In this document: piece by piece, positions 1-12,847 of the stretch
Numbering within the stretch: the stretch's first letter is position 1
How the letters are laid out: the number at the start of each line of letters is the position of its first letter
DNA from: Rickettsiales bacterium
GTDB lineage: Bacteria; Pseudomonadota; Alphaproteobacteria; Rickettsiales; CANDYO01
Assembly (NCBI GenBank): GCA_965228885.1
Contig: OZ245841.1
Span: 483,716-547,715 of the forward strand
Reading direction: 5' to 3'
Length of the DNA stretch: 64,000 nucleotides
The notes under the pieces: model-generated
What the model was told of the DNA's origin: nothing
Seen by the model: the letters and a program-made list of their open reading frames with translations, nothing else
Databases searched by the model: none
Position numbers and translations under genes: made by a program

Positions 1-814
1 GGTTATATAGCAAGGTTAGTTTATCAATCATATCATTAGCATTATTAGTTGCTGAATCCATTGCCGTCATTCTTGCTCCATGCTCACTAGCAATAGATTC
101 TAATAAAATATAATATATCTGCACTGCCAGATTTAAAGGCAACATCTGCTCTAAAATCACATGCTGCTTAGGCTCATATTCATATAATTGCTCAAGCGGC
201 GCATTATCATTAGAAGCCTCATCAACCAAAGGAATTAACTTGCGAACCATAACATTTTGCTTAACTGCATTTTGAAATTCAGCATAAACAAAACTACATA
301 TATCAAATTCATCTTCTTCAAATAATTTGGCTATTTTATGAGACAGCTCAACCGCCTGTTCATAATCAAGTTTCCTGTTACTAAAACTAGGTATAACTTC
401 AATTACTTTTTCTTTATATGAAGATTTTATTTGATCATATGCTTTTTTCCCTAAGCATAATATTTTATATTTTTTTCCTTCAAGGTTAAGCTTTTGAATA
501 ATGGCTTTAGTTTTCTTTGCGATTGAAGCATTAAACCCTCCACAAAGCCCTTTATCTGAACTAACTAAAACCAATAAATGCATCTGATCTTTGCCATTTC
601 CAGTTAGCAATGGTATTGAATCACCACTTGCAAGAACCGAAGCCGCAATATTTCCCACCATATTAGACATTTTATCAGCATATGGCTTAGCTTGATCTTT
701 CTGTTCTTGAGATTTAAGCAATTTAGATGCAGCAACCATTTTCATGGCTTTAGTTATTTTCTGAGTGGATTTTACTCCTGAAATTCTAAGCTTTAATTGC
801 TTTAAATTGCTCAT
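1..814 (-). CDS. atpG: ATP synthase F1 gamma subunit, 3' end cut by the window edge (absent from the supplied ORF track)
   Basis: Manual minus-strand translation from the ATG at 814..812 gives MSNLKQLKLRISGVKSTQKITKAMKMVAASKL ... SEHGARMTAMDSATNNA, with no stop down to position 1. It directly follows atpA in the atpH-atpA-atpG order. Confidence 0.9.
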   Translation of the reverse strand, partial: MSNLKQLKLRISGVKSTQKITKAMKMVAASKLLKSQEQKDQAKPYADKMSNMVGNIAASVLASGDSIPLLTGNGKDQMHLLVLVSSDKGLCGGFNASIAKKTKAIIQKLNLEGKKYKILCLGKKAYDQIKSSYKEKVIEVIPSFSNRKLDYEQAVELSHKIAKLFEEDEFDICSFVYAEFQNAVKQNVMVRKLIPLVDEASNDNAPLEQLYEYEPKQHVILEQMLPLNLAVQIYYILLESIASEHGARMTAMDSATNNANDMIDKLTLLYN

Positions 815-2374
815 TTAAACCGCTGCCTTATTTGTCATTTCACCAATTAATTTATCTAAAACAGACTTCAGTTTCTTTTCCGTATCTTCGATAATTTTTT
901 GCTCTTTTCTAATTGAATCTAAAATCTTCTTCTCTTTTCCTCTCAAGAGCCTTAGTAAAGATTGCTCAAATTCTTTTAGTTGTTTAACTTCTAAATTATC
1001 AATATATCCATTAACACCGGCATAAAGCACAGCAACTTCTTCTTCCATTTGCAAAGTAGAATATTGATCTTGTTTCAATAATTCTGTAATTCTTTGTCCT
1101 CGATCAATCAGCTTCTTAGTGGAAGCATCAAGATCTGAACCAAATTGAGAAAAAGCTTGCAGCTCTCTAAATTGAGCTAAATCTAATTTAACCGTTCCAG
1201 CAACTTGCTTCATGGCCTTCACTTGCGCTGCAGATCCAACTCGACTCACTGATAAACCAACATTAATCGCAGGACGAATCCCCTTATAAAATAATTCAGT
1301 TTCTAAAAATATCTGCCCATCAGTAATTGAAATTACGTTAGTTGGAATATATGCAGATACATCACCACCTTGAGTCTCAATAATTGGCAGAGCTGTTAAA
1401 GAACCTGCTCCCTTATCATCTGAAAGTTTCGCCGCCCTCTCAAGAAGCCTTGAATGAAGATAGAATACATCACCAGGATATGCTTCACGTCCAGGTGGGC
1501 GCCTTAAAAGCAGAGAAACCTGACGGTAAGCCACCGCATGTTTACTTAAATCATCATAAACAATTAACCCATGACTGCCATTATCACGGAAATATTCACC
1601 CATTGTGCAACCAGCATATGGCACTAAATATTGCATAGGTGCAGGATCAGAAGCATTAGCACAGACAACAATAGTATATTCTAAGGCACCTTCTTCTTGC
1701 AGTCTTTTTACAACTTTGGCAACGGTAGATTTTTTTTGACCAATTGCCACATATACACAATATAGCTTCTTGCTTTCATCATCTAATTTATTGATCTGTT
1801 TTTGGTTAATAATAGCATCAATGGCAATAGCTGTTTTACCGGTCTGACGATCACCAATAATTAATTCTCTTTGTCCACGACCAATTGGAATCAACCCATC
1901 TATGGATTTAATTCCAGTTTGCACTGGTTCACTTACAGATTTTCTTTCAATAATTCCAGGCGCTTTAATATCTAAACTTTTATAGGTTATATCTCCTTTT
2001 AAAGGACCAAGACCATCTATAGGGTTACCCAAAGTATCAACTACTCTCCCCAATAATCCCCTTCCTGTTGGCACTTGCATAATTTTTTTGGTACGTTTTA
2101 CAGTATCACCTTCTTTAATTTTACTATCACTACCAAAAATCATCACCCCAACATTATCAGCTTCCAAATTAATGGCCATCCCCATGGTTTTATTACTAAA
2201 TTCCACCATCTCTCCAGCTTGAACTTGATCAAGCCCATAAACTCTGGCAACACCGTCACCTACTTTAATCACTTCACCAACTTCACTATATTCTACAGTT
2301 TTTCCTAACTGAGAAATTTGATCTTTGATAATTTTTGAAACTTCGGATGTATTTATATCCATATTAGTTGCCAC
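815..2374 (-). CDS. atpA: ATP synthase F1 alpha subunit
   Basis: 519 aa. Walker A motif [18 protein letters not shown]. The sequence is alpha-subunit-like throughout and sits between atpH and atpG. Confidence 0.97.
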   Translation of the reverse strand: MATNMDINTSEVSKIIKDQISQLGKTVEYSEVGEVIKVGDGVARVYGLDQVQAGEMVEFSNKTMGMAINLEADNVGVMIFGSDSKIKEGDTVKRTKKIMQVPTGRGLLGRVVDTLGNPIDGLGPLKGDITYKSLDIKAPGIIERKSVSEPVQTGIKSIDGLIPIGRGQRELIIGDRQTGKTAIAIDAIINQKQINKLDDESKKLYCVYVAIGQKKSTVAKVVKRLQEEGALEYTIVVCANASDPAPMQYLVPYAGCTMGEYFRDNGSHGLIVYDDLSKHAVAYRQVSLLLRRPPGREAYPGDVFYLHSRLLERAAKLSDDKGAGSLTALPIIETQGGDVSAYIPTNVISITDGQIFLETELFYKGIRPAINVGLSVSRVGSAAQVKAMKQVAGTVKLDLAQFRELQAFSQFGSDLDASTKKLIDRGQRITELLKQDQYSTLQMEEEVAVLYAGVNGYIDNLEVKQLKEFEQSLLRLLRGKEKKILDSIRKEQKIIEDTEKKLKSVLDKLIGEMTNKAAV

Positions 2375-2377
2375 TCC

Positions 2378-2938
2378 CTATAATAAAGCCATTTTTTTAG
2401 TTACTGAGTCAGTAAGATTCGTAAATTTTGTTCTTAAAGATGCATCAAACATCTTATTATCTGTTTTAACTATAATTCCAGCAAGAATTTTCTCATCTGT
2501 TTTAAAGGATAAGTCAAGCTTAGATGAAAAAACATCTTCCAATTGTTTATTTATTGTTTTTTGCTCAGCTAAAGATACTTCTTCATTGAGCGTAACCTCA
2601 ACAATTTTAGTCCCCAATGATTCATGCATCAGTACTTCAAAATGATCAGCAATTAGTGGAAATAGCTTCAATCTTTTATTTGCAAGCAATACATAGATAA
2701 AATTGATCATTTCCGATGAAAAACCTAGTTTATCAGCAACTACAGACAATAACTTCTGTTGCTCTTGTTTAGAATATACTGGAGCTGCAATATTTTTAAT
2801 AATTGAAGAATCACCAACAAAACATGATTTTAACTTAGTAAATTCTTTAGCTAAACTTGAAATTTTTCCCTTCTCAGAAGCAATCTCAAAAAACGCTGTT
2901 GAGTATAATCTCACCGCATTTGTAAAATATTTTTCCAC
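2378..2938 (-). CDS. atpH: ATP synthase delta (OSCP) subunit
   Basis: 186 aa, the usual size, located immediately upstream of atpA on the same strand. Confidence 0.85.
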   Translation of the reverse strand: MEKYFTNAVRLYSTAFFEIASEKGKISSLAKEFTKLKSCFVGDSSIIKNIAAPVYSKQEQQKLLSVVADKLGFSSEMINFIYVLLANKRLKLFPLIADHFEVLMHESLGTKIVEVTLNEEVSLAEQKTINKQLEDVFSSKLDLSFKTDEKILAGIIVKTDNKMFDASLRTKFTNLTDSVTKKMALL

Positions 2939-3056
2939 GTGCTATTCCCAAAGAATTTTCAATCAACAATAATCTATCATGCTTAACTATTAGAGGCAAT
3001 AGTTGTTTGTTAGTTGGTAGTTTGAATAGAGTAAGATTTTTATACCATCTTTTGAT

Positions 3057-3854
3057 TCAAGCAAATTGTTCTTTTAAAATTCGTTCTTCTAAGCTATGAT
3101 TCTCATCAAATAATAGCCTAATCGCTAAATCTCGACGTTCTTTTACAACAACAGAAGTCACATCGCTAACTTCAAAGAAATCAGCCACCGCATTAACTGG
3201 TCTAAACTCAGGCTCTAATATCGTAAAAGTAACTATGGCGGTATGTGGTAATAAAGCACCTCCCCATTTCTTTGGCCTAAAAGGACTAATCGGGGTAAGA
3301 GCCAATATATCAGAACCAATCGGCAAAATAGGCCCATTAACCGAAGCATTATAAGCGCTGCTTCCAGCAGGGCTTGCAAGCAGCACACCATCGCTAATAA
3401 GTTCTGCTAATCTAACTTCATCATTCACTGAAATTTTTATTACAGCTGCTTGACTAGATTTTCTAAATAAAGAAACTTCATTAATTGCACAGTAACTCTT
3501 GCTAGATCCATCCACAAGCCTAGCTTCCATCTCAAGAGGATGAGTTATTGTTTCTATTGCCCTCTCAAGCCTCTTCATTAAATTATCCACTTCAAAATGA
3601 TTTAATAAAAAGCCTACAGTTCCACAATTCATTCCATAAACGGGAACATTAAAATGAAAATAATTATGCAAACAATGAAGCATAAATCCATCTCCACCTA
3701 ATACTATTATAAGATCAATATCGGTTGTTTTAGGATTTAATTCTAGAAAATGATATTTGCTATTGATTTGCTTCAAACGCTCTTGAGCAATTTTGGTATC
3801 ATCAGCAATGATAGCTATTTTTTTATACTTCATATAGATAACTATAATTTTCAA
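3057..3854 (-). CDS. nadK: NAD kinase
   Basis: GGDGFMLH motif and NAD-kinase-like length. The true start may be the internal Met at 3833 (MKYKKIAIIAD). Confidence 0.85.
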   Translation of the reverse strand: MKIIVIYMKYKKIAIIADDTKIAQERLKQINSKYHFLELNPKTTDIDLIIVLGGDGFMLHCLHNYFHFNVPVYGMNCGTVGFLLNHFEVDNLMKRLERAIETITHPLEMEARLVDGSSKSYCAINEVSLFRKSSQAAVIKISVNDEVRLAELISDGVLLASPAGSSAYNASVNGPILPIGSDILALTPISPFRPKKWGGALLPHTAIVTFTILEPEFRPVNAVADFFEVSDVTSVVVKERRDLAIRLLFDENHSLEERILKEQFA

Positions 3855-3899
3855 TACATTATCATTATATGATTTAGAAAATTAAGAATCAAGTTATAG

Positions 3900-4970
3900 C
3901 TATAACTTTGCTAGAACAACTTCTTTACCGGCGTATATAGTTTCTGCAAAGCTTCTAAATAATTTAGAGAGATTTATTTTTTCTAAGTTAGCCTTTCCTG
4001 CCACTAACTCAACAATGATAGGCTTATCATTAAAATAATTTATAGCTTGCTGCTCTTGCGCTCTTGCAAATGGTTGATTAGATACAATCGCCATCACTAA
4101 TGCCCCTCCCTGTTGTTTTGTAGCAAACTCAGTAATTTCATTACCATAAATATCCCACATTTTTTTGTAAGTATCTACGGTATTGGGTCTAACTAACTCT
4201 CCTGTAGGGCTAAACTTCTTCCCTGCATTAATCACCGGCTTAATTTCTATATTGGATAATTTATCTTTATATTCTTTAATCACCTCTTCCATCATATCAG
4301 TCTCAGTGGGCCAAGTGATTCCTATACTTGTAAAATATTCGATTGACTCTTTCCTAGCTCTTCTAACTTCCAGGCTTATTTCTTCATCGCTTATTTTTTT
4401 ATCAGAACATGAAATTCTATCATTCTCCATTTCAGCTAGTTTGCTAAAAATTTCAGCAAATTTTGTATTTACCTCTATCTTAGATTCTTCGAAGTCCCTG
4501 TTTTGAACTTCAGCAATTCTAGAGGCCAGAAGATTAACCGCCATCGGTTCATAATCGGCCCATAACTCACGCTCTCCACCCAACGGATAAATTGTTTTGG
4601 TGTGATAATTATCATTATTTATGTCTACCACAATATTCATTCTTTCTCGGAAAGCAGTTTCACTTGCTCCTAGCAGCAATTTATTAGCTGTATTATTACC
4701 AGTGATAATTTCATTCGTATATGAGGTTAGTAATGGCAATAGTTGTGATCTTAAGCCTGGATCTATAAATTTATCGCTAATTTGCTGCCTTTCCATTCCT
4801 TGTAATCTAGGAAAACAAGTTTGTAATGTATCACTAAATGCAATTAGAGTTTCTTCAGCAGTTGGATAATTCTCTATCCTACAATTAGCTAGATCAAGGG
4901 CTGCTAATAAATCATGTTGCTGAATATCATTAAAGTCATATAAACCAAGTATCGTATTAATATGAGACAT
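3900..4970 (-). CDS. hypothetical protein (orphan, 356 aa)
   Basis: Long ORF 16 nt downstream of petC on the same strand. I recognise no motif, signal peptide or TM segment. Confidence 0.6.
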   Translation of the reverse strand: MSHINTILGLYDFNDIQQHDLLAALDLANCRIENYPTAEETLIAFSDTLQTCFPRLQGMERQQISDKFIDPGLRSQLLPLLTSYTNEIITGNNTANKLLLGASETAFRERMNIVVDINNDNYHTKTIYPLGGERELWADYEPMAVNLLASRIAEVQNRDFEESKIEVNTKFAEIFSKLAEMENDRISCSDKKISDEEISLEVRRARKESIEYFTSIGITWPTETDMMEEVIKEYKDKLSNIEIKPVINAGKKFSPTGELVRPNTVDTYKKMWDIYGNEITEFATKQQGGALVMAIVSNQPFARAQEQQAINYFNDKPIIVELVAGKANLEKINLSKLFRSFAETIYAGKEVVLAKL

Positions 4971-4986
4971 TTTTTAATCCCGCTTC

Positions 4987-5742
4987 TTAAACTTTAGCCC
5001 AAACTCTCTTTTTGGCAACATAGAACAAACCTGTGAACACTGCTAAAAATAGCAATACTTTAATTCCCATAGACTTGCGCCTTTCCATTTTTGGATCAGC
5101 AGTCCATTGTAAAAAATTAACTATGTCTTTAGACATTTGATCAATACTGGCCTCGGTTCCATCAGTATATTGCACCATGCCTTCCATAAGCGGTGGAGCC
5201 ATAGCAATCTGCCCTCCTGGGAAGTAAGGATTATAATGCATTCCTTCTGATAACTTCATGCCACTTGGCGGAGTTTGATTAAATCCTGTCAATAAAGAAT
5301 AGGCATAATTTGCTCCATCTTCACGAGCACGAATTATTAAAGATAAATCCGGAGGAAATGCACCATTATTAGTGGCTCTAGCTTCTTGCTCATTGGCGTA
5401 AACAAGAGGGAAATAATCATATAATTTTCCAGAACGCTCATACATCTCACCCATATCATTAGGGCCATCTTTAATGCTATATTGTTTGGCAATTTCTTTA
5501 GCTTGAACTTCAGAAAATCCAATTTCTGTTAGATTACGAAAAGCCACTAACTTTAAAGAATGACAAGCTGAACAAACTTCCTTATATACCTGAAAGCCTC
5601 TTTGTGCAGAAGTACGATCAAATGCGCCAAGCATTCCGTCAAAGCTCCACTTCACACTCTTAGGAGTCATTCCATCGCTAGCTGCTATAACCGCTCCACT
5701 GGCAACTAGAATTAAACTTAACAACAACAATACACGCTTCAT
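4987..5742 (-). CDS. petC: cytochrome c1 of the bc1 complex
   Basis: Signal peptide, CSACH heme-binding motif and a C-terminal TM anchor. It follows petB. Confidence 0.93.
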   Translation of the reverse strand: MKRVLLLLSLILVASGAVIAASDGMTPKSVKWSFDGMLGAFDRTSAQRGFQVYKEVCSACHSLKLVAFRNLTEIGFSEVQAKEIAKQYSIKDGPNDMGEMYERSGKLYDYFPLVYANEQEARATNNGAFPPDLSLIIRAREDGANYAYSLLTGFNQTPPSGMKLSEGMHYNPYFPGGQIAMAPPLMEGMVQYTDGTEASIDQMSKDIVNFLQWTADPKMERRKSMGIKVLLFLAVFTGLFYVAKKRVWAKV

Positions 5743-5746
5743 AAAC

Positions 5747-6958
5747 TTACCCCTTCTTTTTTACTTCTGATTCATCAATAGACGCAGGCAGCTCTTCTAC
5801 CGATTCATATTTGCTAGTGAGCGGAATCACTAAAAAGAAATGGGTAAAATAATAGAATGTTGCGATTGTTCCTATAACAGTAAATATTCCTTCAGCGGGT
5901 TGGCTTCCAACATAACCTAACAATAAAGAATCAGCTATAAAGATCCAGAAGAAAAACCTAGATAAAGGACGGTAAGCCAAACTTTTTACTTTTGATTTAT
6001 CAAGCCAAGGCAAAGCTAACAACACTAAAATGGAAGAAATCATTGCAACAACACCAGCTAATTTATTTGGAATGGAACGCAATATTGCATAGAAAGGCAA
6101 GAAATACCATTCTGGAACAATATGAGGAGGAGTCACCATTGGATTTGCTGGAATCAAATTATCTGGATGATTTAAAAAATCTGCATCAAAAAATATAAAA
6201 TAAGCAAATATAATAAAGTAAACTCCAAAACCAACAAAATCTTTTATAGTGTAATAAGGATGGAAAGGAACTGTGTCTTTCTTGGTTTTAACATCAACAC
6301 CTGTGGGATTATTTGAACCATGTTGATGCAAAGCAACTAAATGCAAAGCAACTAATCCAACTATCACAAAAGGCAATAAATAATGCAGAGCAAAGAAACG
6401 ATTTAAGGTTGGATTATCAACAGAAAAACCACCCCATAACCAATTGGTTATGGCCTCACCCATTAAAGGAATTGCTGAGAATAAATTGGTGATCACAGTT
6501 GCTCCCCAGAAACTCATCTGCCCCCAAGGCAACACATATCCCATAAAGGCAGTGGCCATAGTAACTAAGAAAATTATCACCCCTAAAAACCATAATATCT
6601 CTCTAGGTGATTTATATGAACCATAATATACACCTCGCATAATATGAATATAAATAGCCACAAAAAACATAGACGCACCAACAGCGTGAATATTACGAAG
6701 CAGCCAACCATAATTCACATCACGCATTATATGTTCAACACTATCAAAAGCCATAGTTGTTTCAGGAGTATAATGCATTGCCAAAATAATCCCTGTAACA
6801 ATTTGAATCACAAGAGCAATACCAGCTATAGACCCTAAGCTCCATAAATAACTCAAATTCTTAGGCGCTCTATATTCACCCAAATGTTTTATAAAGGTAA
6901 AAACGGGAAGACGATAATCTATCCATTCAATAATTCCACTTTTCTTTTTATTGCTCAT
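5747..6958 (-). CDS. petB: cytochrome b
   Basis: 403 aa polytopic protein with typical cytochrome b segments (WNFGS-like SLGSIAG, conserved His pairs, [13 protein letters not shown]). Confidence 0.97.
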   Translation of the reverse strand: MSNKKKSGIIEWIDYRLPVFTFIKHLGEYRAPKNLSYLWSLGSIAGIALVIQIVTGIILAMHYTPETTMAFDSVEHIMRDVNYGWLLRNIHAVGASMFFVAIYIHIMRGVYYGSYKSPREILWFLGVIIFLVTMATAFMGYVLPWGQMSFWGATVITNLFSAIPLMGEAITNWLWGGFSVDNPTLNRFFALHYLLPFVIVGLVALHLVALHQHGSNNPTGVDVKTKKDTVPFHPYYTIKDFVGFGVYFIIFAYFIFFDADFLNHPDNLIPANPMVTPPHIVPEWYFLPFYAILRSIPNKLAGVVAMISSILVLLALPWLDKSKVKSLAYRPLSRFFFWIFIADSLLLGYVGSQPAEGIFTVIGTIATFYYFTHFFLVIPLTSKYESVEELPASIDESEVKKKG

Positions 6959-6969
6959 TAACTTATCCT

Positions 6970-7509
6970 CTAGCCAATAATAATTTTATTATCATCAACA
7001 AATCTATAGCTTGGTATAAATAAATTTTTAGGCGCTGGCCCTTTTCTAATTCTCCCCGATGAATCATAATCTGACCCATGACAAGGGCAGAAATATCCAT
7101 CATATTCACCTTTGTTCTCAATAGGAACACAACCCAAATGTGTGCAAACCGCTATCATGACCAACCATTGGTCATACCCTTCTTTCACTCTTTCTTGGTC
7201 TGTTTCAGGATCTATTAAATCTGCCATAGGAACAGCTCTCGCTTCTTCAATTTGCTCTTTGGTACGGTGAGTAATAAAAACAGGTTTGCCTCTCCACATC
7301 ACTTTTATGGTCTGTCCCTCTTTTATAGGGCTTAAATCCACTTCTATAGAAGCTTGAGCCAGAACATCTTCAGAAGGATTAAGCGAATCAACCAAAGGTA
7401 ACACACAAGCCGCGGCCCCCACGGCTGCCACTGCAGATGCGGTTAAAACAACAAAGTCTCTCCTATCCCTTTTGGAATCTGAAAGCTTACAGGAATCTTC
7501 TTCAGACAT
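6970..7509 (-). CDS. petA: ubiquinol-cytochrome c reductase Rieske Fe-S subunit
   Basis: Rieske boxes CTHLGC and CPCHGS. First gene of the petABC string. Confidence 0.95.
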   Translation of the reverse strand: MSEEDSCKLSDSKRDRRDFVVLTASAVAAVGAAACVLPLVDSLNPSEDVLAQASIEVDLSPIKEGQTIKVMWRGKPVFITHRTKEQIEEARAVPMADLIDPETDQERVKEGYDQWLVMIAVCTHLGCVPIENKGEYDGYFCPCHGSDYDSSGRIRKGPAPKNLFIPSYRFVDDNKIIIG

Positions 7510-7664
7510 TATTATCCTCTAATTTAATGAAAAATATCTTTATTATTTAAGCACTCTATCATTATCAAATCAATAGCTGAAATAATAATTTTCTTGAAAT
7601 TATACGATTTATAAAGTTTTGTCCAGAACTCGCAAAAGCAACACTTCATAAATTTTATTAAAAA

Positions 7665-8810
7665 TTATTTTAAGTTGTTGATATACTTATTAACCCCCTG
7701 AACTAAAGCTTGGGTGAATAATTTCTTATGTTTTGTAGAACCAAGAAGTTTTTCTTCTTCTTTATTAGACAAAAACCCTACCTCAATTAATACCGCGGGA
7801 GTATCAACGCCTTTAAGAATCTTTAGCTCTGCAACCCTATGGGATTTTTTTAAAGTTTCAACAGATGATTTATTTAAAGACATCATTATTGCTTTGGCCA
7901 AATTTATCGAAGCATTCTGAGTGTCTTGATAAACCATATTGATTAAAACATTGGCGATTTTTTTGTTTTGATTTAACAGCTGACTATTCTTTAAAACATC
8001 TCCTTTTGCTTTTTTTGCAGATAAATTTGCCGTCTCTTTATCAAGCCCTTCTTTTGATAAAGTGTAAACAGAAGCCCCATGCAATGTAGTATCTTCATTA
8101 AAGTCTGCATGGAGAGACAGAAACAGATCTGCCTTCATTTTTCTAGCTTTTGCCCTACGTTCTTCTGAAGAAAGATAGGCATCAGAATCCCTAGTCATTA
8201 TCACTTTATATTGTGGATATTTCTTAAGCTCCTTATATAGCTCTTTAGCATAGGCCAAAACTAGATCTTTCTCTAAAATATTCAGGCTAGACCCTTTGGT
8301 CCCTTGATCCACTCCCCCATGCCCTGGATCAATCATAATTACAGTTTTTTTAAGCCGCTCCTCTTTTTTTCTTGCCCTGTTTTTCTTATCTTTATTAACA
8401 ACAATTTTGTTATTACTCATCTCTATAGTTACAAACAACCTTCCATCTTGAACCACAGCGTAAGATTTTTCAAATTTAGTATTTTCTGATAGCTCTAAAA
8501 TCATTCTTAAAGTGTTTGCTTCTCTATTAGATTTTAAAATTGCTTTGAGGAATCTTCCATCTAGTCTATGAGATATACTTTCCACAACAAACTCAGTGTT
8601 AGTAAAATCAATAGTTACTTTATCTTCACCTGGAACCACTTGGTAGCTGATCTGCTGATCTAACTCTAACGTGACTCTATATTTATTATCGCCAATCATA
8701 GAGTGATTAATATGAACTAACTTCACTTGGGCAAAAGAACTAACTCCAAGAAACAACACATTAAAAACAAAAAAAATTCTAACAAGTAACATCTTATACT
8801 TTTGTTCCAC
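7665..8810 (-). CDS. N-acetylmuramoyl-L-alanine amidase (AMIN-like N-domain plus Amidase_3)
   Basis: Signal peptide, and IMIDPGHGGVDQGT ... SLHADF ... VLIEVGFLSN motifs of the Amidase_3 family. Confidence 0.85.
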   Translation of the reverse strand: MEQKYKMLLVRIFFVFNVLFLGVSSFAQVKLVHINHSMIGDNKYRVTLELDQQISYQVVPGEDKVTIDFTNTEFVVESISHRLDGRFLKAILKSNREANTLRMILELSENTKFEKSYAVVQDGRLFVTIEMSNNKIVVNKDKKNRARKKEERLKKTVIMIDPGHGGVDQGTKGSSLNILEKDLVLAYAKELYKELKKYPQYKVIMTRDSDAYLSSEERRAKARKMKADLFLSLHADFNEDTTLHGASVYTLSKEGLDKETANLSAKKAKGDVLKNSQLLNQNKKIANVLINMVYQDTQNASINLAKAIMMSLNKSSVETLKKSHRVAELKILKGVDTPAVLIEVGFLSNKEEEKLLGSTKHKKLFTQALVQGVNKYINNLK

Positions 8811-10227
8811 CCACAGTAATTTTTTCTATCAACAAGCTTGGTTGGCCTATTCCAACTGGAACTGACTGTCCATTTTTACCACACATTCCGGCCCCTCGAT
8901 CCAAACTTAAATCATTTCCTATAGCTTCAATTTTTTTCATAACATCTGGGCCATTACCGATTAAACTAGCGCCTTTTATAGGCCTAGTAACCTTGCCGTC
9001 TTCAATTAAAAAAGCATTAGCTGACTCAAAAACAAATTTCCCTGAAGTGATATCAACCTGACCGCCATTAAACTTTGGAAAATAAATACCATTTTTTACC
9101 GAAGTAATCATATCTTCTTGAGTGGTATCTCCCGACAACATAAAAGTATTTGTCATTCTTGGCATTGGCTGATGAGCATAATTCTCTCGTCTACCGTTAC
9201 CTGTTGGCTTCATATTCATTAACCTAGCATTCATTCTGTCTTGCATATAGCTAACTAAAACACCATCTTCAATCAAAATATTTCTTTGCGTAGATGTGCC
9301 TTCGTCATCAAAATTCAAACTACCTCTCCGGTTAGAAATAGTACCATCATCTATAACCGTCACACCTTTTGATGCCACTCGCTTGCCCATAGATTCAGAA
9401 AAAGCAGAAGTCTTCATGCGATTAAAATCACCTTCTAACCCATGCCCAACAGCTTCATGAAGCAACACTCCAGGATCACCTGGCCCTAGCACAACCTTAA
9501 ACTCTCCAGCTGGAGCAGGCTCTGCCTGCAAATTAGTCATTGCTATATCAAGTGCACGATCAGCCATTGCTTGCCAATTTTCTGGGATGAACAAATCATG
9601 GTAAGCTTTCCTGGCACCAGCACTATCCCCACCTGCCTCTAATTTTCCATCTTTTGCTAACACAACAGAAATTGAAAGATGCGTTATTGGCCTAATATCA
9701 GAATATTCTTCGCTCAAGGTTTTAAGTATTGAAATTATAGATCTTCCACCGCCAATTCTAACTGTAACTTGTTTCACAAAAGGGTTTTTACTGCGAACAT
9801 ATTCATCTATATTTTTAGCTATATTAATTTTTTCTTGAAAATCCACTTCTTTAATTGGGTCAAGAGCTTGATATAAACTATGTTTTTTATTACCAGCATC
9901 TATTGCCATATGCACAGGTTGGGCAAATCTTTTAATTGACCTGACCACTTCTCCTGCTTTTTTTAAGGCCTCTTCTGAAAGATCTGTCGAATGAGCAAAA
10001 GATGCTACATCTCCTAAAACTCCTCTCATGCCAAAACCCTTAGAAATATTGAAACTGGCATTATTCACTTTCTGGTCATCATAAACCAACATCTCTGACT
10101 GAGATTCTTGCAGGTATAATTCTCCATCATCAAAGCCATCCAAAATTTGAGTAACTAAATTTTGACAAACATCTTTTGTCCAATTATTTTTGCTAAAAAA
10201 GCAATCATCATTGATGTTAAGAAGCAT
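8794..10227 (-). CDS. tldD: TldD-family metalloprotease
   Basis: 477 aa with the HEAVGHGLEGD motif and TldD-like sequence throughout. It overlaps the amidase start by 17 nt. Confidence 0.9.
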   Translation of the reverse strand: MLLNINDDCFFSKNNWTKDVCQNLVTQILDGFDDGELYLQESQSEMLVYDDQKVNNASFNISKGFGMRGVLGDVASFAHSTDLSEEALKKAGEVVRSIKRFAQPVHMAIDAGNKKHSLYQALDPIKEVDFQEKINIAKNIDEYVRSKNPFVKQVTVRIGGGRSIISILKTLSEEYSDIRPITHLSISVVLAKDGKLEAGGDSAGARKAYHDLFIPENWQAMADRALDIAMTNLQAEPAPAGEFKVVLGPGDPGVLLHEAVGHGLEGDFNRMKTSAFSESMGKRVASKGVTVIDDGTISNRRGSLNFDDEGTSTQRNILIEDGVLVSYMQDRMNARLMNMKPTGNGRRENYAHQPMPRMTNTFMLSGDTTQEDMITSVKNGIYFPKFNGGQVDITSGKFVFESANAFLIEDGKVTRPIKGASLIGNGPDVMKKIEAIGNDLSLDRGAGMCGKNGQSVPVGIGQPSLLIEKITVGGTKV

Positions 10228-10452
10228 TTATTATCTCTAAATATTTTGAAACCGAATATACTATAATTTACAACTCCATAAATTGCTAGTCAAATCCGCA
10301 TTGGATTAACAATTATAAATCATTATTCGTTAGAGAACACAGAACCGTGCTTTAATTAGTTATGGATTCTTGTTTGATTAATTATTGTGTTTTCTCTATT
10401 CATAGAGTATAAATTATGATAATAATTTTATATATCTTTTAAATTTAAGGTT

Positions 10453-11229
10453 GTGTTCATTGTTATGTTTCGTGTCTTAGGGTGTTTATTATGTCTGTTT
10501 CCATCGCTTTGTCTAGCCTTGCCAGAGAATTGGCACATGGGCTTCCAAGAAGCAGCCTCTGTAGCAATGGAAAAATTTGTAAATTTCCATGATTTATTGC
10601 TAATAATTATTACTGGTGTAGTAGTTTTTGTTTTTATTTTATTAGCTTACACCTGCATCAGATTCTATCATAAAAACAATCCTGTTCCTAGAAAGTTCAC
10701 TCATAATGTTGGTATAGAAATTCTATGGACCATAGTTCCTTGTATTCTTTTAATTATTATTGCCATTCCTTCATTTAGATTGCTTTATTATGTAGACACC
10801 ATTGGTAAAATGGATATGACTATTAAGGTAGTGGGAAGACAGTGGTTCTGGCAGTATGAATATCCTGATGAAAACATCGCTTTTGATAGTTATATGATCC
10901 CTGATGACCAATTAAAACCAGGTCAAGTTCGTTTATTAGACGTGGATAACCCTATAGTTCTTCCGGTTGATACGGATGTTAGAATAGTGGTTACAGCAGG
11001 TGATGTAATTCACAGTTTTGCTATGCCATCTCTTGGTCTTAAAATAGATGCAGTGCCTGGAAGAATTAATGAAACTTGGGTTAGGATAACTAAGCCAGGA
11101 CAATATTATGGTCAATGTTCTGAATTATGTGGAGTTGGCCATGGCTTCATGCCCATTTCTTTAAAAGCAGTAAGCAAAGAAGAATATGAAGCTTGGGTAA
11201 AAGATGCAAAAGAAAAATTTGCTAGCTAA
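10453..11229 (+). CDS. coxB: cytochrome c oxidase subunit II
   Basis: CuA site HSFAMPSLG ... CSELCGVGHGFMP. GTG start at 10453, or ATG at 10465. Confidence 0.95.
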   Translation: MFIVMFRVLGCLLCLFPSLCLALPENWHMGFQEAASVAMEKFVNFHDLLLIIITGVVVFVFILLAYTCIRFYHKNNPVPRKFTHNVGIEILWTIVPCILLIIIAIPSFRLLYYVDTIGKMDMTIKVVGRQWFWQYEYPDENIAFDSYMIPDDQLKPGQVRLLDVDNPIVLPVDTDVRIVVTAGDVIHSFAMPSLGLKIDAVPGRINETWVRITKPGQYYGQCSELCGVGHGFMPISLKAVSKEEYEAWVKDAKEKFAS

Positions 11230-12831
<1,602 letters not shown>

Positions 12832-12847
12832 GTAATTAAATGCCTTT

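Noticed and set aside
1384-2645. Plus-strand ORFs (1384..1638, 2075..2308, 2325..2645, 2703..2972) inside atpA and atpH
   Set aside because: They lie antisense to strongly supported ATP synthase genes. Their translations are low-complexity with no motifs. These are typical shadow ORFs of AT-rich coding DNA.
10331-10398. Imperfect inverted repeat tagagaacaca ... tgtgttttctcta in the tldD/coxB divergent promoter region
   Set aside because: The arms differ by a 2-nt indel and lie 44 bp apart in very AT-rich DNA. This could arise by chance, and no known operator consensus was recognised.
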